From positions 1 to 49,652 of the IMG/VR virus record IMGVR_UViG_3300027956_000478: a stretch of DNA of 49,652 nt; one strand, given 5' to 3'. The notes beneath the pieces were generated by a model. It was not told the origin of the DNA. It did no database searches and saw only the letters and a list, made by a program, of their open reading frames with translations. Shown in pieces: positions 9,045 through 18,921 of this stretch (positions are counted from its first letter, which is position 1; every line of letters begins with the position of its first letter). The translations under genes and the position numbers were made by a program. The stretch is from a virus. Its lineage: Duplodnaviria > Caudoviricetes.

Positions 9045-10090
9045 TATATACAATTCTTATACAACTCAAATGTGTAGTCTAACACTTCTTTTTTATTGTC
9101 TATCTCGAGTAGGTTTACAAATTCTTCAATAGCCTGTGATATATCGATACCGGATAGGTCTTTCTCCTTATTATCATTACTAATTTTGTTATAGTTAATG
9201 TCATAGTCAATAGCTAATGTTTGTGGTCGTAATTGATTAAGCTTTGTAGTTAAAATATTAAGATCTTCTTGTGCTATATTACGATCTATCTTTAATTTAA
9301 CAATATTATTACTAAACAACTCCCGTAATTCTGTAGTTATTGTATTATATGTTATTAACTCACTAAGACTAATCTTAATATATAAGGGAGATATAGTATT
9401 TTCAGTAAAGTTATACTCAAGAGTATCAAGATCTAATATATAATAACCTTTTTTATTATCAGCGTCACCGAAATCCATTTGGAAAGGGTTACCTACATAC
9501 AGAATAGTACCTGCTCCGAACTTTTTCTCATGTCTCATATGAAAATGACCTGAAATAATTAGGTTACTACGCTGTAAAAGGTCTTTTATACGCATACCCT
9601 CTTCACATACCTTGTATGTATTCATTTTAAACGTCTCGATCTCAAAGTGACCGAATATAACATCACTTTTAGGTATATCGTTTATATCAGTATTCCACGG
9701 ACATAGAGTAATAGTACGATCAAAAGCAGTAAATGTTACAACACTATCGTAAATAGTAACATTATCACGCGTTTTAAAGATAGAGAGTGAGTTTACATCA
9801 GTTCTATGCTTATAAAACACGTCATGATTACCTGTTATAGCAATTAGGTTAAAGTCTTTAAAGATATCTAGTATATCTGCAGATACTTGTAGTGTATTTA
9901 CAGAGATCTCACTGCGATTATGATGCCAATCACCGCAGAAAACTATATCCTTAATATTTTGACGTTTAAACTCACTCGCAAGCCAATTAGCCCATGTAAT
10001 TGCTATCTCATGCCATTGTGTGCTATTAGTATGTATGCCTAAATGTAGATCTGATACAATACCTATTCTTGGTTTATTAATCTTGATCAT
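9044..10090 (-). CDS. gp47: gp47 Mre11/SbcD-like nuclease
   Basis: SDLHLG, GDWHH, GNHD, GHFE, SGHFH metallophosphoesterase motifs; start taken at MIKINKP. Confidence 0.93.
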   Translation of the reverse strand: MIKINKPRIGIVSDLHLGIHTNSTQWHEIAITWANWLASEFKRQNIKDIVFCGDWHHNRSEISVNTLQVSADILDIFKDFNLIAITGNHDVFYKHRTDVNSLSIFKTRDNVTIYDSVVTFTAFDRTITLCPWNTDINDIPKSDVIFGHFEIETFKMNTYKVCEEGMRIKDLLQRSNLIISGHFHMRHEKKFGAGTILYVGNPFQMDFGDADNKKGYYILDLDTLEYNFTENTISPLYIKISLSELITYNTITTELRELFSNNIVKLKIDRNIAQEDLNILTTKLNQLRPQTLAIDYDINYNKISNDNKEKDLSGIDISQAIEEFVNLLEIDNKKEVLDYTFELYKNCI

Positions 10091-10511
10091 ATTCTTCATC
10101 ATCATCCAAAATAGGTTTTACATAAATATAAGCTCCCCCATTTTCAGGATCGGTCATAATATCTTCGTATAACTTTTCACGATAATTCTTTTCAGCTTCG
10201 TGATGTCTTTTCTCTTTTTTAATACGATTAATAAATGCGTTGAATGCAATCGTTGTAAAGTATGAAAATGGATTCGATTCAGTATCAAAACTATATTTTT
10301 TTCGTGATAAAGCTGAATACATCTTAATAAGAGCATCACCGATCATATCATCTTTATAAGTATAGTTAATAAAGTTACTATTATAGCTTAAACCATAAGC
10401 AATCTTTTTTACATTCTCAGCGAGATCATCAGTTAACACATCTGTATCATAAAACCTCCTTAAGGATTCCTTAAATTCTTTAGGACTTATATAATAATCA
10501 GCTTTGGACAT
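10077..10511 (-). CDS. gp55: gp55 late-transcription sigma factor
   Basis: NFINYTYKDDMIGDA, NPFSYFTTIAFNAFINRIKKEK. Confidence 0.93.
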   Translation of the reverse strand: MSKADYYISPKEFKESLRRFYDTDVLTDDLAENVKKIAYGLSYNSNFINYTYKDDMIGDALIKMYSALSRKKYSFDTESNPFSYFTTIAFNAFINRIKKEKRHHEAEKNYREKLYEDIMTDPENGGAYIYVKPILDDDEEYDQD

Positions 10512-10517
10512 ACCCTT

Positions 10518-10545
10518 ATTGTATTTACCATATCGAAAATATCAA
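10518..10545 (-). promoter_or_regulatory. sigma70-like promoter of gp55
   Basis: TTGATA-N16-TACAAT-N6-ATG. Confidence 0.6.
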
Positions 10546-11993
10546 CATATATCTACATTTTTTTCTGAATATGCTATTTTCTCTTTCTTATATATTTCTA
10601 CTCGCTTTTCACAGTGTTTTTCACCGTAATGTAACATATCACACAAATCTATAATAATTAACCGGGTTTTATTAGAGTGTAACCGTAATCCACGACCTAT
10701 GGACTGTACCGTACGTATAAAGGACTTACCTCCCGCAGCAAATATGATGTTATGAAGGTTTTTTATGTTAACACCAGTAGAAAAAATAGCACTAATAGCG
10801 ATACATATAACATTATCGTCACTTTCCATAATTCTTTTAATGTTTTCACGTTCTTCTACTGTTATTTCACCACGAATAAAGTATACTTGCTTAGTTTTAC
10901 ACGATTTCTCTAAGATTTCATATAATATTTCACCGTGTTTGATGTGATTTACCAAAATTAGTGTATTATTTGCTAACTTATGGCATAATTTTGCAATTAG
11001 TTCATTTCTTTTACTGTTTTCGTATATAAAATCTAATTCATCACGATAAGCACTATCTGATATACGTGGAATACGTACATGTCCGTAGTTAATATTAAGG
11101 ATTTTAACCTCAACATTTGTTAAAAAGTTCTCTTGTCGTAACTCTGCACTTGTTTTTTCATACAATATAGGACCTAATTTACCAATTAGAAACCATTTGT
11201 CTTCATTATTATCAGGTAGAGTACCAGTAAACCCATAACGATGCCTAGTTTTTATTTTTGTAATAACTTTACTAATTTCACTCGTTGATTTTATTTTATG
11301 ACACTCGTCTATTACAAGCAAATCAATATATTTTACCCAATCTGATTCAGTAAAACGTGATAATAGTATACCTATATTACAAATAATAACATTAGCTGAT
11401 AAATCTGGCTTAGTTGTACCTGTCCACTTTGTAAGACTGTAAGTTACACCACTGTCGATGAACTCTTGATACGTTTGAGATACGAGAGACAAGTCGGGTA
11501 CGAGCATAATGCACTTAAAAGTACTCTTATTATTACTATTACGATAATAATTTTCAATAAGTGCTGCGGTAGTAAGTGTTTTACCCGCTCCCGTACCTAG
11601 AATACATGTACCCCAACCTAATTTTAAAGCTTTATTGAGTACATCTGCCTGATAATCTCTTAATTCTAAGTTAAAGTTAGTATAGGTTTCATTATTTGAA
11701 CCTATATGTAAGGCTTTTGTTAAATTATCTGAAATTGTAACATCTAAAATAATTTGTTTTTCAATAAAATACCTTCTGATCTCCCAATAAAGACCGATAT
11801 CACAAATACCTGTAGGTGTAATTACATATTTTCTCGTTGGAATCTTTACACCGCGAGCTTTAAACCGACGTTGCATAAAAGATGCATTTTTATTTTCAAC
11901 ACTAAAATGCTCTCTTAAGTTATCAAAGGTAAAACTATCGTCACTACGTATTAAGAGCTTATTTGTAGATTTGTTATAATCTAATTCGATCAT
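10542..11993 (-). CDS. uvsW: UvsW SF2 DNA helicase
   Basis: LRDYQ, GTGAGKT, DECH, GFTGT, QSIGRGLR. Confidence 0.93.
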   Translation of the reverse strand: MIELDYNKSTNKLLIRSDDSFTFDNLREHFSVENKNASFMQRRFKARGVKIPTRKYVITPTGICDIGLYWEIRRYFIEKQIILDVTISDNLTKALHIGSNNETYTNFNLELRDYQADVLNKALKLGWGTCILGTGAGKTLTTAALIENYYRNSNNKSTFKCIMLVPDLSLVSQTYQEFIDSGVTYSLTKWTGTTKPDLSANVIICNIGILLSRFTESDWVKYIDLLVIDECHKIKSTSEISKVITKIKTRHRYGFTGTLPDNNEDKWFLIGKLGPILYEKTSAELRQENFLTNVEVKILNINYGHVRIPRISDSAYRDELDFIYENSKRNELIAKLCHKLANNTLILVNHIKHGEILYEILEKSCKTKQVYFIRGEITVEERENIKRIMESDDNVICIAISAIFSTGVNIKNLHNIIFAAGGKSFIRTVQSIGRGLRLHSNKTRLIIIDLCDMLHYGEKHCEKRVEIYKKEKIAYSEKNVDIC

Positions 11994-12385
11994 AATTGCT
12001 CCATTTTTTGAATTTCAATAATATTTTTAATATCAAACCCCATTCCACTCATAATTTTCTCTACTTTCTCCAAATATTCAATGACAAACTCGTAGTCTTT
12101 AATTTCATTAGCAATATTTTGCAAATCTTCTGTCGATTCCGCAGCTACTTCCGCTGATTGTTGTGTAATTCTTATAGGAGCGTCAGCAACAATACGTTTT
12201 ACAAGTGATTCTTTTAAAGTTTTCTTACGTTTATTAAGTTTATGTAGTGTGATTTTAGCATCTATTAGACGAGCAGCCCAATAATGCTTACGAGCTGGCA
12301 GTTTTAACTGTATGTCTTTAATATTAAAGTCATTTATTACAAGATCTTTACCAATCTCATCTTTATATCGTTCTATCAATTCCAC
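11990..12385 (-). CDS. uvsY: UvsY recombination mediator
   Basis: Helical protein next to uvsW with C-terminal GFDIKNIIE; GTG at 12385 chosen because TTGATT-N17-TATAAT-N6 precedes it. Confidence 0.75.
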   Translation of the reverse strand: MELIERYKDEIGKDLVINDFNIKDIQLKLPARKHYWAARLIDAKITLHKLNKRKKTLKESLVKRIVADAPIRITQQSAEVAAESTEDLQNIANEIKDYEFVIEYLEKVEKIMSGMGFDIKNIIEIQKMEQL

Positions 12386-12410
12386 ATAATCATTATAAAT
12401 ATAAATAACC

Positions 12411-12662
12411 ATGAAATCAACTGTAACTTTCAAAGAATTTTTTAAAATGTATGTAGAAAATATGACAGCTGGTGGTGTCGTGGGTGGTAGTAGTGAGGGA
12501 TTTAGTCCTGATAGTCCTTTCAGTAAAGATTCTTTTGCACCTGGTAATGCTAAGAATTATACACCGAGTGGTCCTCCTGTAATACAAAGAAGAAAACCTA
12601 TTAATACTATAATCAAAGTAGGTAAGAAGAGAAAGCCTACAAAGCGTAAATATAAAAAGTAA
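12411..12662 (+). CDS. Small late protein with a capsid-targeting-like N-terminus and a basic C-terminus
   Basis: MKSTVTFKEFFKMYVE; TATAAATA at 12394-12401 and 12400-12407. Confidence 0.7.
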   Translation: MKSTVTFKEFFKMYVENMTAGGVVGGSSEGFSPDSPFSKDSFAPGNAKNYTPSGPPVIQRRKPINTIIKVGKKRKPTKRKYKK

Positions 12663-13117
12663 TGGATTTAGGACACTGGACAACGTCTCTTATAGTAGAG
12701 AATGATAATATACCTTATGGATTTATATATAAAATTACGTGTCAGAGTAATAATAAACAGTATATTGGTAAAAAACAGTGTAAAACTATATTTAAACGTA
12801 AGCCTCTAAAGGGTAAGCGTAATAAAAGGCATGAAGAACGTGAGACAGACTGGAAGATCTATACATCTTCATCACGTGAACTTAATGAAGACATAATAAC
12901 TTACGGTAAAGAAAACTTTAAGTTTGAAATTTTGCGGTGGTGTAAATCAAAATTTGAATTATCATACTTTGAAGCTAAACTTCAATTTGAAGAGGAGGTA
13001 TTGCTTAAAGATGATTATTACAACGGAATTATTAACCTACGAATTGGAAAACCAAAAAACGGAGATGACTATAGAACACAAGATACCGCGTTACAATCTC
13101 AGATTATTAAACTTTGA
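12662..13117 (+). CDS. Small Seg-like GIY-YIG nuclease
   Basis: YGFIYKIT...QYIGKK...GKENFKFEIL...YYN. Confidence 0.8.
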   Translation: MDLGHWTTSLIVENDNIPYGFIYKITCQSNNKQYIGKKQCKTIFKRKPLKGKRNKRHEERETDWKIYTSSSRELNEDIITYGKENFKFEILRWCKSKFELSYFEAKLQFEEEVLLKDDYYNGIINLRIGKPKNGDDYRTQDTALQSQIIKL

Positions 13118-13589
13118 CTTTGTTCTCAAAGAGACTTTTTGTAGATTTAATAAAGATATAGAGCTATACGGTGTCAGTAATAATTTTAAAAAGAAAGATA
13201 CGCAAAAATTATTTATTAATGCATTGATAATTGCTATTTGTGAGCGAATGAAAAAGGATAAGACTGCACTGTATATTAATAAAAATACATTATATTTAAA
13301 TAATGATGAAAGAGATACAATACTCAATTTATCCCTCAAAACTATTAAAAAACTACCTTTTCAGTTTATACTTAGCGATATACCAGTTGATTATTTTGTT
13401 AACAAGATACATAATAATGTTGTTGAGTCGGTAATATTACTTGAAACACAATTATATTACACAATTAATTACGATACACTCAAGTACTCTTTTAAGGGTT
13501 TAGTTAAATTTTTAAAGATATATGAATTAAGCTATCTTTACGATGTATACTTCAAGCAGTTAACTAACAAATTACTGGTTGTTAAATAA
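13065..13589 (+). CDS. Hypothetical protein
   Basis: Long ORF; ATG at 13065 (MTIEHK) preferred over the 12924 start, which lies deep inside the previous gene. Confidence 0.6.
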   Translation: MTIEHKIPRYNLRLLNFDFVLKETFCRFNKDIELYGVSNNFKKKDTQKLFINALIIAICERMKKDKTALYINKNTLYLNNDERDTILNLSLKTIKKLPFQFILSDIPVDYFVNKIHNNVVESVILLETQLYYTINYDTLKYSFKGLVKFLKIYELSYLYDVYFKQLTNKLLVVK

Positions 13590-13597
13590 ATAAAGAT

Positions 13598-13972
13598 ATG
13601 AGTAAGTTTTTAAATATAGTAGAAAATAATCTACCACCTCAAGATCTCGATAAAAAAAGAGAAGCCTTACGAGAGTTACAACAGCTTTTTGCTAGTAAAG
13701 ATATTACATCTAGTCTTAAAACTTTTAGCGATATTGTTACTATTACTGTAGGTGATAAAATTATTGATTTAGAACTTAAAAATATATCGAAAAAAATTGG
13801 CGAAGAGGATGGTGAGGATGATGTTGTATCTGGAATACTTAATACAGATCCTTTACGCTTAAAACGTAATCCGGTAGCACTTAAAGCTAGAAATGATATA
13901 ACTACCGCAGTTGCAAAAGTCGCAAAAAAAATTACAACTGCTGCTAATCAATCAAATACAATGTCTTATTAG
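13598..13972 (+). CDS. Hypothetical late protein, probably virion-associated
   Basis: TAAATA at 13587-13592; N-terminus MSKFLNIVE. Confidence 0.7.
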   Translation: MSKFLNIVENNLPPQDLDKKREALRELQQLFASKDITSSLKTFSDIVTITVGDKIIDLELKNISKKIGEEDGEDDVVSGILNTDPLRLKRNPVALKARNDITTAVAKVAKKITTAANQSNTMSY

Positions 13973-13977
13973 AATTT

Positions 13978-14670
13978 ATGAAGACAGATCAATTATTTAA
14001 AGAGTATTATAGAATACTTAACGAACAGGAACCTGCACCTGCACCGGAAGCTGCTCCTGCAGAAATGGCACCACCTCAAGAAGCTGCCCCTGTTGAGACT
14101 GAACAGGAAGACACAGGAATAAAGGAACTTGCTGAAAATGAGAAATATGTCATTAAGATTTTAACTAACGCGTTCATCTTTAATCCCACTCTATTTGATA
14201 GTAATAAGAGTAAGTATATAGCTAATAAGATAGAAAATATTAAACAAACTGTAAACGTACCAGTAGCAAAAGTAGTAGAAGAAATAAAGAGTATTCTTAA
14301 TCTCGATAGCAGCTTACGTGTTGAATCAAAGACCTTGAGTATTTTAAAAAAATATATGGTTATGTTAGAACAGCCTGCTGATGCGACTGAGCCGCAAGCA
14401 GATACAGCACCAGTTACTGCTGTAGATGCAAAACCGGTTGAAGATGATTCTACTTTAAATAAGTTAAATTTAGCAGAAATATTTCCGCTGTATAAAGAAC
14501 TTATATTGCAATCCTTAGCGCATGTACCAACAGAAGAAGAGCTAATAATCTTAAAGCCTGTTGTTAATGAGTTTGCTGATTCAGATCCTGAAAAAATAGT
14601 AACTGTAATTAAGGATCTCTTGAATCAAGAATCAGATATAGATATTGAAAAGGATCTTGCAAATGCGTAA
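13978..14670 (+). CDS. Hypothetical acidic protein, probably virion-associated
   Basis: MKTDQLFKEYYRILNE followed by a Pro/Ala/Glu linker; second LEQPAD linker. Confidence 0.7.
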   Translation: MKTDQLFKEYYRILNEQEPAPAPEAAPAEMAPPQEAAPVETEQEDTGIKELAENEKYVIKILTNAFIFNPTLFDSNKSKYIANKIENIKQTVNVPVAKVVEEIKSILNLDSSLRVESKTLSILKKYMVMLEQPADATEPQADTAPVTAVDAKPVEDDSTLNKLNLAEIFPLYKELILQSLAHVPTEEELIILKPVVNEFADSDPEKIVTVIKDLLNQESDIDIEKDLANA

Positions 14671-15760
14671 TAGACAATTATCAAATATATACGGTAATAT
14701 AGTAGGTAAACCGGTTAACTCGCGTTTATATACGAATGTGTTGTATGAAAAAGATGAAAAGCTAAAGAAGTATAGTAAAAAAGAACTTGCAACTATTATT
14801 GCAGCACAAGATATAAACCTTGAGGTTGGATCATCTGGTAAAGATGTAAGATTACAACCGATAGCTTCTTATGATTCAGGTAAGTTTATTCAAACACTTG
14901 AGGATGCTGGTTTAAAAGTTATAAGAATAGCAAAACCAGGTGAGGAAGGATCTACCTCCGGCCAGCTTCGTACTTATATAGTGCAAGATGAAAATGAAAA
15001 TGAGTATCCTGTTGTCTTAGGTAAGGGTAAAGGGTTCGGAACTATTGACGAAGACCTCGTTCTCAATAGTTTAGATGATCAAGTTAAAGCTTTACTTTTA
15101 CAGAATGATGTTGAATATATTAATATTGATATAAACGGTTACGTTCAAAAAGTTGACGGTATTAAATCTACTCCAGGTACACCTAAGAGTGATTTTAACT
15201 TTACATATAAAGGTAAACCAGTATTGTTTATATCACATAAAGCAGGTAAAAAAGCTACTGATTATCAACAGTATGGTGGTACAACATGTAAATCTGGTAA
15301 GGATATTTGTCAACACGAAGAAGTAGAGGAATTTGTTGAACAAATTAGAGATATATATCCTGATGGTATGCCTCCTGGTAAGTCTTTATGGAAAAAAATT
15401 AAAGATCCAGAACTCAAAAAGCTTTCTCTTTATGGAATGGATTATGGTCAAAAATATGGTGTAGATAATGTTAATGCATTATACCAAGGTAATATGACAA
15501 TCGTACCAGGTAACGATGATACATATGAGCTTGATGCTCACCATGTTGTGTATAATGGTGACATCCCTACAGGTGATTATGAACCTGTATTATATGGAAG
15601 ATATAGCGGTTCACGTGGTGGTAACCACGGTATTAAAGACTTAAGAACTTCAATTTCACCGATGGCAAAAGTATCAAAAAATACCCAAGATATTAAACTA
15701 AATAAAGCTAATATAGCAGCTATAGACAACCCAGATACTGAAATAGAAGACTTATTATGA
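14663..15760 (+). CDS. Putative PD-(D/E)xK-family nuclease
   Basis: TPKSDF...FISHK...YQQYGG pattern; start taken at MRNRQ. Confidence 0.55.
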   Translation: MRNRQLSNIYGNIVGKPVNSRLYTNVLYEKDEKLKKYSKKELATIIAAQDINLEVGSSGKDVRLQPIASYDSGKFIQTLEDAGLKVIRIAKPGEEGSTSGQLRTYIVQDENENEYPVVLGKGKGFGTIDEDLVLNSLDDQVKALLLQNDVEYINIDINGYVQKVDGIKSTPGTPKSDFNFTYKGKPVLFISHKAGKKATDYQQYGGTTCKSGKDICQHEEVEEFVEQIRDIYPDGMPPGKSLWKKIKDPELKKLSLYGMDYGQKYGVDNVNALYQGNMTIVPGNDDTYELDAHHVVYNGDIPTGDYEPVLYGRYSGSRGGNHGIKDLRTSISPMAKVSKNTQDIKLNKANIAAIDNPDTEIEDLL

Positions 15761-17460
15761 TAGATTTTAAACATTATTACCACGTTATTGTTGAAGGAGG
15801 CAATGTATTTAAGCAATTACCAACTTCACGTATTCAACTAGCTAACATTAAACCAACAGTTGATATGCTCTCAAATATTGTTGGTATTAATCTTAATAAG
15901 TGTTTATTAGGTAGTACAGGTAAGAGAGAATCTTCTGGTGATTTAGATATAGCTATTAATAATCAAAAGTATACAAAGGATGAATTAACTACTGTATTAA
16001 AAAACTGGTGTGAAGAACGTAACTTAAATCCAAAGGATTATATATCACGAACAGGTATAAGCGTACATTTTAGGTCACCTATTGTTGGCAGTGAAGAAGA
16101 ATTTGTACAAACTGATTTTATGTTTGTACCAGATGTTAAGTTTGCACAATTTGTGTTAGCAAATGATGAAGCAGTACCATATAAAGGTATGCATAGAGCA
16201 GTTATACTCTCTAATCTCGCTAAAAATATTAACTGTAAATGGAGTGGTGTAGCAGGTATTACTGATAGAGCTTCAGGTGCTGTTGTAGAGGGTTCAAATC
16301 CAGATAGAGTAGCGCAAATACTATTAGGTGATAAGAGTGCAAAAGCTCGTAACTTAAAAACAATACCAGATATTATTTCATTCTTATACAAGAAGTATGA
16401 TGATACGAATATAGTATTATCAATATTAGCTGACGCAAGGCAAACAATCCTAAAGGATGGCTTAGATATAGCTACTTTTTTACCACAACAAAAAATTACT
16501 GAGAGTACTACAGCTGAAGGAACACGTGTTGGTGTACAGCATCTATATTCAGAATATAAACCAGGTCAATACTCTATGAGTTTTGAGAATTTTGTTAATT
16601 TTATCGATGTACTTCAAGATACACAAGGCATTATTCAACCAGGCAATTCAAGTGTATCGGAAAAAGCCGACGGTTTGAGTGTAAAGTTCGGTATTAATCC
16701 GGAAAATAAATTCTTTCTACAAGGTAGCTACTCAGGTCCCGTAACTAACGGTGATTTTTCAGGTAAAATAAAACACGCTCCTACACAAGCAGCTTTTGAA
16801 AGTAGTTTCGGTAAGATAAAAAGTATCGTAACTAAAACTTTAAGCAAATACAAAAAAGATCTAGATTTAGATGGTATAAGAGTACAAGCAGAATGGCTTT
16901 ATTCACCCTTTGCTCTTACGCGTGAAGAGAATCCTAATGTTGTATACTTTGTAGCTACTAACTATGATAGAGATAAGCTAGGTGTATGGTCTACATTCCC
17001 TATTATTAATATAACAGATTATAAAGGTAATGAATTGCCTGATGACATCAAATATGATATTACAAAAAGTATTGTAGATCTATCAACTAAGGATGTAAAA
17101 TTCTTACCGCTTGATATAGATGTATTCAACCCTATTAACTTATCACAAGAAATGCAGTTAGCTAATCAAGAGATAACTAATTTTATATCACAAAATCCTA
17201 ATTACAAAGAAATCCTTAATAATCCTTCTAGAAAACGTGAAGATCAACAAGAGAAGAAAGCCTTAAGGCAACATATTGTAAGAGTACTTTTACCTATTCA
17301 GAAAAGAATGCACTTAAAAATCTTAAATGAGCTTAATAAGCTAGCAGGTAAACTAGGAGAATATGAAGGATTAGTAATAAAACTTAATGGTGTAAATAAC
17401 AAACCATTTATATTCAAGGTTATATCACCAACATTTCACAAAAACAAAGGTAGAATATGA
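15757..17460 (+). CDS. Pol-beta-superfamily nucleotidyltransferase fused to an RNA-ligase-like domain
   Basis: N-half GSTGKRESSGDLDIAI...VQTDFM; C-half SEKADG (motif I), QAEW, YEGLVIK (IV), FKVIS (V). Confidence 0.65.
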   Translation: MIDFKHYYHVIVEGGNVFKQLPTSRIQLANIKPTVDMLSNIVGINLNKCLLGSTGKRESSGDLDIAINNQKYTKDELTTVLKNWCEERNLNPKDYISRTGISVHFRSPIVGSEEEFVQTDFMFVPDVKFAQFVLANDEAVPYKGMHRAVILSNLAKNINCKWSGVAGITDRASGAVVEGSNPDRVAQILLGDKSAKARNLKTIPDIISFLYKKYDDTNIVLSILADARQTILKDGLDIATFLPQQKITESTTAEGTRVGVQHLYSEYKPGQYSMSFENFVNFIDVLQDTQGIIQPGNSSVSEKADGLSVKFGINPENKFFLQGSYSGPVTNGDFSGKIKHAPTQAAFESSFGKIKSIVTKTLSKYKKDLDLDGIRVQAEWLYSPFALTREENPNVVYFVATNYDRDKLGVWSTFPIINITDYKGNELPDDIKYDITKSIVDLSTKDVKFLPLDIDVFNPINLSQEMQLANQEITNFISQNPNYKEILNNPSRKREDQQEKKALRQHIVRVLLPIQKRMHLKILNELNKLAGKLGEYEGLVIKLNGVNNKPFIFKVISPTFHKNKGRI

Positions 17461-18002
17461 TTAATTTTAAACAATTTTTTGAAAAGTTAGAAAACGTTGA
17501 GACGATAGCCGTACTACCTGGTGGGTTTAAACCACCTACAAATGGACACTTTCAAGCACTAGAGAATCTATTACAAAATGCAGACAAAGGAGTTGTATTT
17601 ATAGGTAAGAGTCCTCGTGATGGTATAGATCAAGAGATGGCATATCAAATATGGTCGATTTATAAACCATACCTATCTAAGCCTGTAAGTATTGAAAAAA
17701 GTCCTATAACACCAGTTAAGTCAACGTATGATTTAGCTGAAGAACATACTAATGTTAATATAATAGTAGGTGCTGGTGCAAAAGATGAAGATATGACCAG
17801 ATATAATTCTTTTATCAAAAACCCTGATAAGTACCCACATGTTGTTGTAACACCTATTAGTATACAGGGTGGTGGTATAAGTGGTACTGAAGTGAGAAAT
17901 ATGATTGCAGCTAAAGATCCTTCTGTTGTGAATTATTTTGTACCTCAACAAATAAAGGAAACAGATAGAGAAAGAATAAAGAGTATCCTGGGTATAGCAT
18001 AA
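17457..18002 (+). CDS. Cytidyltransferase-like (HxGH superfamily) nucleotidyltransferase
   Basis: PGGFKPPTNGH and ISGTEVR motifs. Confidence 0.8.
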   Translation: MINFKQFFEKLENVETIAVLPGGFKPPTNGHFQALENLLQNADKGVVFIGKSPRDGIDQEMAYQIWSIYKPYLSKPVSIEKSPITPVKSTYDLAEEHTNVNIIVGAGAKDEDMTRYNSFIKNPDKYPHVVVTPISIQGGGISGTEVRNMIAAKDPSVVNYFVPQQIKETDRERIKSILGIA

Positions 18003-18010
18003 ATAATGTT

Positions 18011-18481
18011 ATGTTAAAACGTAAAGATCAAGATTTACTTTCTGAAGCCTACGGTCAAATAGGTCATCAAGATTTAAGTGCGCCGAGTTTAATGGGTAAA
18101 CCGGTAATGATAACTATGGATATGCCTGGTGCAGAAGTATCTGGAGGTAGCGATCACGGAGAACATCACCATGAAATTGATATGGAAGAAGTTGAGATGG
18201 CGATATCAGATCTTAGTAAGTTATCTAAACTATCACATAAACTACTACACATGCTTGAAGATCAACAATCTCTTGAGGGTTGGGTAGCTGCTAAGATAAC
18301 AAAAGCAACAGATTATGTATCTTCTGTTTTTGATTATATGACAGATGAAAGTGAAGATAGCTGTGGTTGTTCAACTCATTCTGACGATGAAGGAATATAT
18401 ACACAGGGTTATGAGGATACCCATGAGTGTCCGTATGCAGCTGAAGGTTGTAAATGTGGAGGATGTGATGAGTGCCAATGA
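18011..18481 (+). CDS. Hypothetical late protein with His-rich and Cys-rich segments
   Basis: LEGWVAAKITKATDYVSSVFDYM core; HGEHHHE; C-terminal CPYAAEGCKCGGCDEC; TAAATA at 18000-18005. Confidence 0.7.
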   Translation: MLKRKDQDLLSEAYGQIGHQDLSAPSLMGKPVMITMDMPGAEVSGGSDHGEHHHEIDMEEVEMAISDLSKLSKLSHKLLHMLEDQQSLEGWVAAKITKATDYVSSVFDYMTDESEDSCGCSTHSDDEGIYTQGYEDTHECPYAAEGCKCGGCDECQ

Positions 18482-18921
18482 GAACGTTTAAACAATTCTA
18501 CGAAAAAACAGTTATAGGTCTCATTGAGGAGATGGAAATAGCTGGGCTAGGTAAGATCAAAGTCAAAATTGATTCTGGTAACGGTGCATACAATGTATTA
18601 CACGGTGAAGATCTTACACAACAAGGTTCTAAGGTATCCTTTACTACAATTAACGGTAAGCGATTAATAAAAGATATTGTCGATACCGTAAGTATTAACG
18701 TAGGTGCAGGTCATGTAGAGGAACGACCAGTTGTAAAATTTAGAATAAAGTTTGCAGGTACTGAATTTGATGATGTACCATTTAGTATCGGTAATAGAAC
18801 AGAAAACGAATATAAGATACTTGTAGGTAAGGACTTTATCAAACAATTAGATGCTCTAATTGATGTAAATTCTAAGCATATTGCAAGTGATCATATTGAT
18901 GTACACTATGATACCAACTAG
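18478..18921 (+). CDS. Retropepsin-like (RimK-associated) protease
   Basis: KIDSGN catalytic-type motif, ERPVV, ILVGKDF; start MRTFKQFYE. Confidence 0.75.
   Translation: MRTFKQFYEKTVIGLIEEMEIAGLGKIKVKIDSGNGAYNVLHGEDLTQQGSKVSFTTINGKRLIKDIVDTVSINVGAGHVEERPVVKFRIKFAGTEFDDVPFSIGNRTENEYKILVGKDFIKQLDALIDVNSKHIASDHIDVHYDTN

Noticed and set aside
12386-12433. Upstream-extended starts from the track (uvsY 12433; also 12924, 20850, 31370, 38706, 47466)
   Set aside because: They overlap neighbouring genes or promoters; downstream starts fit the promoter spacing or gene packing better.
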